The notes: a model not told the origin generated them from the letters alone. A stretch of DNA of 64,000 nucleotides from a bacterium (GCA_009924895.1 RFQR01000002.1:65368-129367), one strand, 5' to 3'; positions 48,787 through 57,918 are shown, counted from the first letter of the stretch. Made by a program: numbers and translations.

Positions 48787-50049
48787 TTAAGAATCTTTAC
48801 GACTAGTAATCTCTTTCATTATACGTGAAATAATCTGGTCAACGGCGCGCATACCCACTTTCTTGGTGCGAGTTTCAAGGGTAACTTTCTTTGCTTTCTT
48901 TTCTTTGTCGCCAATCACAAGGAGGTACGGGGTCTTGAAGGTTTTTGCACGGCCTATGCGCTTGCCGAGGCCTTCGCGAGCGGAGACGTATTCAGCACGG
49001 ATACCTGCTTTTTTGAGCTGTTCGTACACTTTGGTTGCATACGCTTCGTGTGCTTCTCCAACAGGGAGAATAGTAGCCTGCACGGGCGCGAGCCAGACCG
49101 GGAAAGCACCAGCATACTTTTCGATAAGGAACGCCATGATGCGTTCGATAGCACCAATTGATGAACGGTGGACGACAAATACACGCTTCTTTTCTCCGGT
49201 TTCGCTGGTGCAGGTGAGATCAAAACGATCAGGCATGCAGAAGTCGTACTGCACGGTAAACGCCGTATCTTCTTTGCCATTCACATTTTTCATTTGGATA
49301 TCAATTTTTGGTCCATAGAATGCCGCTTCGTCTTTTGCTTCGACGAAACCTGATTTGCGGCTCTTGAGGTGTTTGCGCAAGAGATCCTCTGCTTTTTCCC
49401 AGGCAGTGTCGTTTTTGTAATACTTTTCGGTATTAGCGCGGTCACCGAGAGAGAGGCGATAGTGGTAGTCTTTGCCCATTTTGAGTCCGAAAGTGCCTGC
49501 AACGTATTCGATGAGGTCGAGTGCTTTTCCTACTTCTTCAACAGCCTGCTCTTCCGAGGAGCATACAATGTGTGCATCAGCGAGACAGAAGGTGCGTACG
49601 CGCTGGAGACCCATGAGTTCACCTGACTGCTCATAGCGGTACAGCTGCGCAAGTTCAGCGATACGCATAGGGAGTTCGCGGTAACTGCGTGGCCTTGAAA
49701 GATAGAGTTCAAAGTGGTGAGGGCAGGTCATCGGGCGGAGCATGAACTCTTCGTCATCGATAACTATCGGTGCATACATTGAGTCTTTGTAGTGAGGGTA
49801 GTGACCACTCTTTTTGTAGAGGTCGAGCTTTGCGATGTTGGGGGTATAGACATGGAGGTAACCGCGGCGAATTTCTTCGTCGACGATAAAGCGCTCGAGC
49901 TCGCGGCGGACCGTAGCGCCTCGGGGAGTAAAGAGGGGGAGACCCTTACCGACTGTGTCGGAGAAGGTGAAGAGGTCTAATTCGCGACCAAGTTTTTTAT
50001 GGTCGTTATCGCTCATTCCATTCTGTGCTGGTTGTTTGTTTTCTGACAT
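48787..50049 (-). CDS. thrS: Threonine--tRNA ligase, short form without N-terminal TGS/editing domains
   Basis: Begins at DHKKLGRELDLF; RPMTCP.H, YRYE.SG, AFYGPKID, VHR...G..ER, P.WLAPVQ. Confidence 0.95.
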   Translation of the reverse strand: MSENKQPAQNGMSDNDHKKLGRELDLFTFSDTVGKGLPLFTPRGATVRRELERFIVDEEIRRGYLHVYTPNIAKLDLYKKSGHYPHYKDSMYAPIVIDDEEFMLRPMTCPHHFELYLSRPRSYRELPMRIAELAQLYRYEQSGELMGLQRVRTFCLADAHIVCSSEEQAVEEVGKALDLIEYVAGTFGLKMGKDYHYRLSLGDRANTEKYYKNDTAWEKAEDLLRKHLKSRKSGFVEAKDEAAFYGPKIDIQMKNVNGKEDTAFTVQYDFCMPDRFDLTCTSETGEKKRVFVVHRSSIGAIERIMAFLIEKYAGAFPVWLAPVQATILPVGEAHEAYATKVYEQLKKAGIRAEYVSAREGLGKRIGRAKTFKTPYLLVIGDKEKKAKKVTLETRTKKVGMRAVDQIISRIMKEITSRKDS

Positions 50050-50112
50050 ATAAATCTATCCTAACAGAAGCCCCGCAACGCGCAATGCGCGAAGCGGGGC
50101 TCTCTTCAACGT

Positions 50113-50454
50113 CTATCCGCTCTTGCGCGGTAAAAGAGCGCCTTCCTCTCGTGCCACAGCGTGTGGATCGCTGTTCGGGCAGAGTGATGCGATTGGTATA
50201 CGCACCACTTTTCTTGCCGGTTGCGCCACGGTAAGGAAGTCATCCCACATGCTCTCGAGGTGGGCACGAACCGCGACCTTGTCGAAAGGGGGGGTGGGAT
50301 GTTTGTCAGCCGGGAACAATGCTTGGATGAGTGCAAGCTGTGCAGCTACGAAGCGTTCACGACTAGTCTGCCCCCTTTGTGCGAGTTGGATGGCGTGGAA
50401 CACACATGCGGTCGCCATCAGCTCGTGAGTGGAATTCGTGGTGGCATTCGACAT
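50113..50454 (-). CDS. Orphan hypothetical protein
   Basis: AAGGAG RBS, upstream TTGACA-17-TATATT, downstream hairpin AGCCCCGC...GCGGGGCT. Confidence 0.55.
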   Translation of the reverse strand: MSNATTNSTHELMATACVFHAIQLAQRGQTSRERFVAAQLALIQALFPADKHPTPPFDKVAVRAHLESMWDDFLTVAQPARKVVRIPIASLCPNSDPHAVAREEGALLPRKSG

Positions 50455-50538
50455 GCCATCGCTCCTTCGTTTGTTGAAGATTGACACAAAGTGTCGCTAA
50501 GTAATATATATAATCCACAGAATACTGTCAAGAGTTTT

Positions 50539-50642
50539 ATTGACAAACGTGCGTTTAGTTTTTTAATTGTGCAAGTCTGACTTGCACAAAATTGACAAAC
50601 ATGGGTATAGTTTTTAATTGTGCAAGTCTGACTTGCACAAAA
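50539..50642. repeat. Two ~52-bp tandem units, each carrying the palindrome TTGTGCAAGTC-T-GACTTGCACAA
   Basis: Palindromes at 50567-50589 and 50618-50640, each preceded by ATTGACAAAC...TAGTTTTTAA. Confidence 0.9.
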
Positions 50643-50658
50643 AGAGCGGGAAAGGTGT

Positions 50659-53600
50659 TTAGAGTGGTTTTACGGCTTCTGCAACGAAACTTTTTTCGCC
50701 ACTACGCGTCGACATTTTTCCTTTTACTAAAATACACTTGCCGGGAGCGAGGTGGGGTGCAACTTCAGTGTACGTACGTGGAAAAACAACGACTTCGACT
50801 TCATCGCGCAAATCCGCAATCGACAAAAACGCCATGCGTTCTCCTTTTTTGGTGAGAATAGTATTCATGCTTTGTATGAGGCCGCCTATTACCGTGGTCA
50901 CATGTTCGGGCAACACCTCTTTGGTGCCCTTGATATCGTGTTTTATCTTTGCAAACTTTTCGCGGTGTGCATCAAGTGGGTGCCCCGAGACGTAGAGGCC
51001 GAGCAGTTCTTTCTCCCAATCTAATTTTTGCGGCATAGTTGCTTCAGGCGCTGCGGTAAGAACGAGCGGCGCTATTTTTACAAGCGCAGCACCGAAGAGA
51101 GATGATTGATTCTGTGGCGCATGGGCACTCTCTTTGTGGTACGTAAGTAGCTTTTCAATATGTGCAAGCATTGCCCCGCGTTCGCCGAGTTCGTCGAGCG
51201 CACCGCACTGGATTAAGGACTCAAGCGATTTTTTGTTGAGATTTTTGTCGGTGACGCGGGTGAGAAAGTCGGCGAGGGAAGTGAACTTGCCGCTCTTTTC
51301 TCGTGTGGCAATTATTGAGTCCGCAACCCCTGTGCCAAAGTTTTTGATGGAGTAAAGACCAAAGCGAATCGTTGATTCGTCTATGACCGTAAAGGTGCCT
51401 TGGCTCTCATTGACTGAAGGAGGAAGTACCGTGAGTTTCATCCGTTTACACTCGTCGACAATCTCTCCGATTTTTTCAGTCTCCCCGGCGTCAGAGGTAA
51501 GGAGCGCCGCCATGTAGTCGACAGGATAATTTGCCTTCATATAGGCGGTCTTGTATGCGAGGTTGCCGTAGCTTGCCGCGTGCGCTTTGTTGAAGCCGTA
51601 GGCGGCAAATGTTTCAATCTGTTGCCACAACTGATCCACTATGTCGGGTCGCATCTTGCCAATCTCAATACAGCCTTTCACAAAATTTTCTTTTTGTGCT
51701 GCCATTTCTTCAGGTATTTTTTTACCCATCGCTTTACGGAACTTATCAGCTTCAAGCCATGAGTATCCCGCAAATTGAATTGCAATTTGGAGCACATCGT
51801 CTTGATATGTAATGATACCGTACGAATTTTTGAGAATTGATTCCAAGCGCGGGTCGAGGTATTTCACCAGGGTAGGATTATGTTTGCGCTCAATGTACTG
51901 AGGAATAAAGGCGAGCGGGCCAGGTCGATAGAGTGCGACCATGGCGTTGATGTCGTGGATAACGCTCGGCTTGAGGTTGACTAAATAATTCGTCATACCG
52001 TCACCGGCGAGTTGGAAGACGCCCAGGGTTTCACCGCGCGAGAGCATGGCAAAAGTCTTTTGATCATCAAGCGGCATGGTGTCGAGATTGATGTCGATAT
52101 TGAGACGCTTTTTGACACGCGCTTTCACGTCTGCGAGCGTCGAGAGGTTGGTGAGACCCAGAAAGTCGAATTTGAGAAGCCCCGCATCTTCAACGGCGTA
52201 CATGTCGTACTGGGTGATAATCTTACCGCCCTTAGGATCAAGTTGGATTGGCACGAAGTCGGTGACGGGTGTGGGAGCAATCACAACACCCGCTGCATGC
52301 ACACCGACATGGCGCGCGTTTGCCTCTATTTTTTGGGCAAGGTCTAAGACTTCGCGCGCATCGGAATCAGTTTTATATACTTCGCGCAGCTCGGGAGTGT
52401 CTTTGAGAGCGCTTTCTATCGTGACCGGGAAGCCTTGTTTGCCAAAGGGAATAAGCTTTGCAATGCGGTCACCGATACTATATGAAAATCCGAGTGCACG
52501 GCAGACGTCGCGCACGGCAGCGCGTGCCATCATAGTTCCGAATGTTCCGATCTGAGCGACGTGGTCATCGCCATATTTTTTGCGTGCATAGGCAATCATT
52601 TCATCGCGCCGGTTATCGGCGTAGTCCATATCAATATCGGGTGCAGAAGGTCGTTCAGGATTAAGAAAGCGCTCAAAAGGAAGGCCGTATTCAATTGGGT
52701 TTACGTTGGTGATATGAGAGAGGTACGTAACAAGGGAGCCTGCTACCGAACCGCGGATGTTTGTCAGAATGCCGTTTTCATGGGCAAACCGAAGGAGGTC
52801 AGATACGACAAGAAAATAAGGTGAGTAGCCTTTTTTTGCGATGACAGAAAGTTCGTAGTCGAGGCGTTCACGTAGTTCGGGTGTCTCGGTAAGATTACGT
52901 GTTTTGAAACCTTTGTATGCAAGTTCGCGGAGCACCTGGTCATGTGTCTTGCCCTCGGGCACGGTGATTGCAGGGAAGACCCACGAGCCTAGTTTCAATT
53001 CAACACTGCACTCGGCAGCAATTTTTGCATTGTTTTCAAGCGCATCAGGGTAGTTCTTAAAACGTTTGAGAATTTCTTTGGTGGTTATGAACGAGTGGTC
53101 GGGTAAATCAAGCGAAGCGTCACGATTAAGGGATGTACCAAGGCGTATGTTGTTAACGAGCTCGCGCGCGACTGCGTCATCTTTCTCGAGATAGTACACT
53201 TCGTGTGAAGCAACAACAGGAAGTCCATCTTTTTGTGCGTGTTTTTGAAGTACTTCCATGCGCTCGTTATGTCCTGTGATTTCGGGATGGAGTGTCATTT
53301 CCACATAGACATCGTCGCCAAATATTTTTTTGTACCAGTGAGCAATGTCGCGTGCGCGATCTTCTTGTGTATCGCGGATTGCGATGGAGTAATCGCTTTC
53401 GGTAGCATGCAGGATGGCTATAATGCCGCCTCGATAGCTCTCGATGAGTTCGCGGTCGATGCGGGGGCGTTCAAAAAAGCCTTCAAGAAAGGATTTCGAA
53501 ACGAGCTCGATTAGATTCCGGTAACCTTCATTATTTTTTGCGATAAGGAGAAGGCGTGTATGGGCATCATCAGTACGCATTTCTTTGTCGTATCGAGTGC

Positions 53601-53820
53601 GCGGCGCAACAAAAAAGTCGACTCCAATGATTGATTTAATGCCAGATTTTGCTGCTTCTTTATAAAATTCGATTGCACCATACATGTTGCCGAGGTCGGC
53701 AAGGCACAGTGCGGTCGAGCCCTCTTCTTTTGCCGCTTCGACGAGCGCGTCAATTTTCGGCAGCGCCTCGAGGAGAGAATAGTGTGAGTGGGTATGAAGG
53801 TGAGTAAAAGTCTCGCTCAT
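50659..53820 (-). CDS. dnaE: DNA polymerase III alpha subunit
   Basis: PHP HLHTHSHYSLL, RGS.AGSLV, PDIDMD, HAAGVVI, LLKFDFLGL, YGFNKAH, EKELLG.Y.SGHPL, OB fold. Confidence 0.97.
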   Translation of the reverse strand: MSETFTHLHTHSHYSLLEALPKIDALVEAAKEEGSTALCLADLGNMYGAIEFYKEAAKSGIKSIIGVDFFVAPRTRYDKEMRTDDAHTRLLLIAKNNEGYRNLIELVSKSFLEGFFERPRIDRELIESYRGGIIAILHATESDYSIAIRDTQEDRARDIAHWYKKIFGDDVYVEMTLHPEITGHNERMEVLQKHAQKDGLPVVASHEVYYLEKDDAVARELVNNIRLGTSLNRDASLDLPDHSFITTKEILKRFKNYPDALENNAKIAAECSVELKLGSWVFPAITVPEGKTHDQVLRELAYKGFKTRNLTETPELRERLDYELSVIAKKGYSPYFLVVSDLLRFAHENGILTNIRGSVAGSLVTYLSHITNVNPIEYGLPFERFLNPERPSAPDIDMDYADNRRDEMIAYARKKYGDDHVAQIGTFGTMMARAAVRDVCRALGFSYSIGDRIAKLIPFGKQGFPVTIESALKDTPELREVYKTDSDAREVLDLAQKIEANARHVGVHAAGVVIAPTPVTDFVPIQLDPKGGKIITQYDMYAVEDAGLLKFDFLGLTNLSTLADVKARVKKRLNIDINLDTMPLDDQKTFAMLSRGETLGVFQLAGDGMTNYLVNLKPSVIHDINAMVALYRPGPLAFIPQYIERKHNPTLVKYLDPRLESILKNSYGIITYQDDVLQIAIQFAGYSWLEADKFRKAMGKKIPEEMAAQKENFVKGCIEIGKMRPDIVDQLWQQIETFAAYGFNKAHAASYGNLAYKTAYMKANYPVDYMAALLTSDAGETEKIGEIVDECKRMKLTVLPPSVNESQGTFTVIDESTIRFGLYSIKNFGTGVADSIIATREKSGKFTSLADFLTRVTDKNLNKKSLESLIQCGALDELGERGAMLAHIEKLLTYHKESAHAPQNQSSLFGAALVKIAPLVLTAAPEATMPQKLDWEKELLGLYVSGHPLDAHREKFAKIKHDIKGTKEVLPEHVTTVIGGLIQSMNTILTKKGERMAFLSIADLRDEVEVVVFPRTYTEVAPHLAPGKCILVKGKMSTRSGEKSFVAEAVKPL

Positions 53821-53826
53821 ATTCGC

Positions 53827-53834
53827 AGTATACT
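53827..53834. promoter_or_regulatory. Palindromic bidirectional -10 box between dnaE and rnhB
   Basis: AGTATACT reads TATACT on both strands, 6 and 7 nt from the two ATGs in a 21-bp gap. Confidence 0.6.
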
Positions 53835-53841
53835 CTGTCAC

Positions 53842-54420
53842 ATGAATCTTCGGTATGTTGTGGGCGTAGATGAAGTCGGGCGCGGTCCTATCGCCGGCCC
53901 TGTCGCGGTGGGGGCGGTGGTAGTGCCGGTTGATTTTGAATGGGCGCAGCTACCAGAAGTGGGAGATTCGAAGAACATGACGGAAAAAGCACGCGAGCGT
54001 GTGCACGCGCTTGCCCGCTCACTCCCGGTTTCCTACGCGGTGTCGTTTTGTTCCTCACACATAATTGATGAAAAGGGTATCGTTCTTGCTATTTCACACG
54101 CTCTCACCGCTTCTCTCGCTCAATTACAGCTTGACCCTCTTGTATGCAGGGTCCTTCTTGATGGCGCTCTTGCCGCACCGCCACAATTCGTGTACCAGCA
54201 AACAATTATCCGGGGTGATGCTTCTGAGAAGGTGATAGGGCTTGCCTCAATTATGGCGAAGGTCGAGCGTGACCGGTATATGACTGAGCTTTCAGTCCAG
54301 TTTCCACAGTATCGCTTTGAAAAACATAAAGGGTACGGAACCGCTGCACATTATCGCGCCATCCGCGAGCACGGAATACTACCAGAACACAGGTTATCCT
54401 TTCTTTCCACTTTGCAGTAG
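53842..54420 (+). CDS. rnhB: Ribonuclease HII
   Basis: GVDEVGRGP.AGPV, DSK, LDG, ASI.AKV.RD, HKGYGT..H. Confidence 0.96.
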   Translation: MNLRYVVGVDEVGRGPIAGPVAVGAVVVPVDFEWAQLPEVGDSKNMTEKARERVHALARSLPVSYAVSFCSSHIIDEKGIVLAISHALTASLAQLQLDPLVCRVLLDGALAAPPQFVYQQTIIRGDASEKVIGLASIMAKVERDRYMTELSVQFPQYRFEKHKGYGTAAHYRAIREHGILPEHRLSFLSTLQ

Positions 54421-54468
54421 TTCTTTTTTGAGTATCCTGGACCGAGGACACATGGGAGAAAGCGACCA

Positions 54469-54681
54469 ATGGTAACTAAAAAGCAAGTAATCACGTTGTT
54501 TGAAGCTCAGCTGCCGCCCGAGAACGTTTCGGAAGCCGTGTGTTACATCTGCACGCATCGAGAGCGAAAAGCTGAAAAAGGCTGTGCCGGTTGTTCCGAG
54601 AAAAGCCAGTTTCAGGTACGGCCCGGCTCGTGGCCAATTGAGGTCGTACATCTTTTTCGTCCACCTTCACGAGAGCCGTGA
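54469..54681 (+). CDS. Small orphan protein with two CxxC motifs
   Basis: CYIC...CAGC; GGGAG RBS; hairpin GGGCGGTC-CTTAGT-GACCGCCC. Confidence 0.5.
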   Translation: MVTKKQVITLFEAQLPPENVSEAVCYICTHRERKAEKGCAGCSEKSQFQVRPGSWPIEVVHLFRPPSREP

Positions 54682-54748
54682 AGAGGGGGGCGGTCCTTAG
54701 TGACCGCCCTTTGCTTTTTACGATATATTGCGCTATAGTACCGCAACT

Positions 54749-55003
54749 ATGGTAGTACGAATGCGAGCAAATCGATCAAAGCGCGGCAAGCGCCGTTCTC
54801 ACAATGCGCTCGTTGCAGCACACAAAAACCGCTGCGAATGCGGCGCTCTTCGCCTCCCACACCGGGCATGCGCTGAATGCGGTAAATACCGCGGACGAAT
54901 CGTGACTGACGTTGTTGCACTCAAAAAGCGCGAACTCAATCGTGCAAAACGAAAAGAAAAAGCACTCCGCGCAAGTGGCGTTGAGACTGCAAAGGCTGAA
55001 TAA
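54749..55003 (+). CDS. rpmF: 50S ribosomal protein L32
   Basis: KRRSH.AL...C.CG...LPHRAC.ECGKYRGR. Confidence 0.92.
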   Translation: MVVRMRANRSKRGKRRSHNALVAAHKNRCECGALRLPHRACAECGKYRGRIVTDVVALKKRELNRAKRKEKALRASGVETAKAE

Positions 55004-55184
55004 CGTGCCCGACGATTTTTCTTTGATCGATTTTTTGAAAGAACTAGCTTCTTTCTATGGGTGATTTTGTTTACTTTTGAGAAGATTCAAGAAAAATAAT
55101 CGGGGAACTTTTCCCCACTAAATACTTGGTCTTTTTTAAATGCCCTGCTTTACTATAGGTAGTTACCGTTACGGTACTACTGGT

Positions 55185-56090
55185 ATGTCCAACAGACATT
55201 TATCTCGCTCGGTGGTTCTACAAGTCCTGTTTGAACGTGATGGCTCCCATGGAGGCATGACGCTTGAGCAGGCTCTTTCGCGTTTGGAAGACTACATTGC
55301 AGAATTTGGCGCACGGGAGAGTGATAGGCCTTTTATGCAAACCATTGTACGGACGGCAATTGCCAAACAACCCGAACTTGACGAGGTCATCCGGAAAGCT
55401 GCTCCGGACTGGCCGCTTGAGCGGATTGCTGCAATTGACCGCTCTATCCTGCGCCTTGGTCTTACCGAACTCTTGTTCTCTGACCGTGCACAAGTCCCTG
55501 CGAAGGTTGCCATTAACGAATCAATCGAACTCGCAAAGGAATTTGGAGGTGAATCGTCTTCGAAGTTTGTAAACGGTGTACTCGGCGCTGTCTATCTTGA
55601 ACTGGGTGAACCTGGTAAGGATGAGGGAGACAAGCGAAAAGAAGGCGGGAAAGTCCCAATGCGTACGGAGGAATGTGTCGGCTCTGTTATCTATGCACGG
55701 GAGGGTAGCGACATCTATTTGGCGCTTGTGCATGACATTTTTGGACACTGGACTCTTTCTAAAGGTAAGTTACAAGATGGTGAGGACAAGCGTGCGGGCG
55801 TGGTTCGTAAAGCAAAAGAAGAGACGGGTCTTGATGTTGTCGTGGAAGATGAGCTTGGAGAAAATGAATATGTCGCAAGCGATACTGGGAAGGGAGGGAA
55901 TGCAAAAAAGCGCCGCCACGCTACCTATTTCCTCTCCCGTTCGGAGTTCAAAGATTTGATTATGAAGAAGGATGGCGGTCTTGATGATGCGCAGTGGTTC
56001 CCATTGACCGCAGTCGGGGATTTGAACTTTTACGACGACATATTGCCAATTGTCACAAAGGCGGTGATACTGCTTGCACAAAAAAAGTAA
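55185..56090 (+). CDS. nusB: Transcription antitermination factor NusB fused to a NUDIX domain
   Basis: RH.SR...LQ.LF, IDR.ILRL, P.KVAINE.IELAK.FG...S.KFVNGVLG; then WTLSKG...E...R...EETGL. Confidence 0.9.
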   Translation: MSNRHLSRSVVLQVLFERDGSHGGMTLEQALSRLEDYIAEFGARESDRPFMQTIVRTAIAKQPELDEVIRKAAPDWPLERIAAIDRSILRLGLTELLFSDRAQVPAKVAINESIELAKEFGGESSSKFVNGVLGAVYLELGEPGKDEGDKRKEGGKVPMRTEECVGSVIYAREGSDIYLALVHDIFGHWTLSKGKLQDGEDKRAGVVRKAKEETGLDVVVEDELGENEYVASDTGKGGNAKKRRHATYFLSRSEFKDLIMKKDGGLDDAQWFPLTAVGDLNFYDDILPIVTKAVILLAQKK

Positions 56091-56129
56091 CACGTTGCTT
56101 TGGTTTCCATCTTTGGTACGATGTGATAT

Positions 56130-56451
56130 ATGTCAAATGATTGGTCATCGGTGTACAAAAAATATGCAGGAAAATGGGTCGCTTTTAGCGATTCGGAACG
56201 TGTTGTGGGACATGGTAAGACTGCGCGTGAAGCATTAAACCAGGCGCAAAAAAAGGTCACAAAATGCCCGGTTTACACTATGTGCCGGTTGGAGGTGTGA
56301 CCCTTGTCGGCTATGAAGTTTCCCTATAAAAAACTCTCAGGTGGTGTAGTTAGGTTACGGAGTCTTGGGGCAGGTTGGATTTTTTGATGCGTTCAAGTAT
56401 GTGAAGTTTGAGAAAGTGTCAGGGTTTATTGAATTAGGAGCTAAGGTATAA
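56130..56451 (+). pseudogene. Decayed DUF5678-like / retropepsin-like gene pair
   Basis: KYAGKWVA...G.GKT..EA...A ORF frameshifted in an A7 run (56248-56254); then MKFPY...R joined out of frame to GVLGQVGFFDAFKYVKF. Confidence 0.65.
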
Positions 56452-56454
56452 CAT

Positions 56455-57141
56455 ATGCAATTTACCGACTTCGAAAAAAAGATTGGATACCCATTCAAAG
56501 ATACGTCGTTTCTTGAGGCGGCTTTTACCCACCGTTCCTATTTGAATGAAAATCGCTCCCTCGGAAAAGAGCACAACGAGCGTCTCGAATTTCTTGGCGA
56601 TGCAGTTCTCGAGCTTGCAGTTACCGAGTTTTTGTTTGCCAAGTACCCCAAGGAACCAGAGGGAATTTTGACGTCCTACCGAGCAGCTCTCGTAAACACT
56701 GTAAGTATTTCTGAGGCGGCAACAAAGCTTGGGATGAATGACTTTATGCTTCTCTCTCGTGGAGAGGCGCGCGACACGGGTCGTGCACGCGCAGTTATTT
56801 TGGCGAATGCATTCGAGGCAGTCATTGGTGCGCTCTATCTCGACGGAGGCTATGAGCCTGCTAAGAAGTTTATTGAGGAGCAGCTGTTTTACAAAGTAGA
56901 AGAAGTTGTTGCGAAGAAGCTCTGGCAAGACCCAAAAAGTCGATTCCAAGAAATGGCACAAGAAAAACATGGCGCTACGCCAGCCTACGAACTCGTCTCA
57001 CAGACGGGTCCTGACCATGACAAACGATTCGTTTCCGCAGTTTCGATCAACGGTACCCGCGTGGCGCAAGGTGAGGGGAGGTCAAAACAAGAGGCAGAAG
57101 TCTCTGCGGCAGAGCGAGGGTTACAAGTAAAAGGGTGGTAA
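56455..57141 (+). CDS. rnc: Ribonuclease III
   Basis: HNERLEFLGDAVL signature, FEA..GA.YLD, dsRBD DPKSRFQE...G.G.SKQEAE..AA. Confidence 0.97.
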   Translation: MQFTDFEKKIGYPFKDTSFLEAAFTHRSYLNENRSLGKEHNERLEFLGDAVLELAVTEFLFAKYPKEPEGILTSYRAALVNTVSISEAATKLGMNDFMLLSRGEARDTGRARAVILANAFEAVIGALYLDGGYEPAKKFIEEQLFYKVEEVVAKKLWQDPKSRFQEMAQEKHGATPAYELVSQTGPDHDKRFVSAVSINGTRVAQGEGRSKQEAEVSAAERGLQVKGW

Positions 57142-57181
57142 GTTTCATTGGCAAAATATACTTTTATGGCACACTAGTGAT

Positions 57182-57475
57182 ATGCAAGACATCTCAAAAG
57201 AAGCCCAAGAAATTGCTGTCAAAATAGTGCGCACACACGTGCCGGATACGATGTATAAAGTTTTTGTATTTGGTTCTCGCGCCTCGGGGAAGGCGCATCC
57301 GCGCTCCGATATTGATATCGGTATTGAAGGCCCTGCACCGCTTCCATACGAAACCGTATCCAATATCCTAGAAGACATAGAAGAAGCTCCCACTTTGTAT
57401 TCCATTGATGTTGTTGACTTTGGTCGTCTTCCAGAAAAATTTAAGCAGACTGTTCGGGAGAGGGTGTATACTTGA
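57182..57475 (+). CDS. Minimal nucleotidyltransferase (MNT antitoxin-like)
   Basis: FGSRA.G....SDIDIG...IDVVDF. Confidence 0.9.
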   Translation: MQDISKEAQEIAVKIVRTHVPDTMYKVFVFGSRASGKAHPRSDIDIGIEGPAPLPYETVSNILEDIEEAPTLYSIDVVDFGRLPEKFKQTVRERVYT

Positions 57476-57480
57476 TGCAT

Positions 57481-57855
57481 ATGACAAAACGAGAATCACT
57501 CCGCGAAGATTTTGCAAAAGCAGTGAACCGCCTCGAAGAAGTATTGGCGATTCCTGTTGATCCGATTGTTTGCGACTCTGCGATTCAGCGTTTCGAAATC
57601 GTCTTCGAGTTGTGCTGGAAGTACATGAAAGCGGTTCTTGAAGACGAATTCAATGCAATCTGTACTTCACCGCGCTCTTGCTTTCGTGCAGGTTTTAAGC
57701 AAGGTATGATTGATAACGATCCGTTCTGGATTGAACTCACAAAGCTTCGAAACTATACCGTGCACACATATAATCAAGATCTTGCTGACTATGTCTATAC
57801 ACATCTCGCAGAGTCTCTTAAGCGATTTAAGGTTGTACTGAACTGGGAGGGATAG
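57481..57855 (+). CDS. HEPN / HI0074-family protein (partner of MNT)
   Basis: D.AIQRFE..FEL.WK, SPR, RNYTVH.Y (Rx4H). Confidence 0.9.
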   Translation: MTKRESLREDFAKAVNRLEEVLAIPVDPIVCDSAIQRFEIVFELCWKYMKAVLEDEFNAICTSPRSCFRAGFKQGMIDNDPFWIELTKLRNYTVHTYNQDLADYVYTHLAESLKRFKVVLNWEG

Positions 57856-57883
57856 GTATCTTTATAAAGTTAGTGAATAATGT

Positions 57884-57903
57884 ATAAACTTTATAAAGTT
57901 TAT
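57884..57903. repeat. 20-bp perfect AT-rich palindrome
   Basis: ATAAACTTTATAAAGTTTAT; the core CTTTATAAAG also occurs at 57860-57869. Confidence 0.8.
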
Positions 57904-57918
57904 GAGCTCCGTATTCAG

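Noticed and set aside
50539-50642. Mini-CRISPR or replication origin
   Set aside because: Only two units with near-identical intervening sequence; no DnaA-box cluster or dnaA nearby.
55004-55184. AT-rich gap between rpmF and nusB as a gene relic
   Set aside because: The frames I translated by hand gave no recognisable peptide, and I saw no convincing structure.
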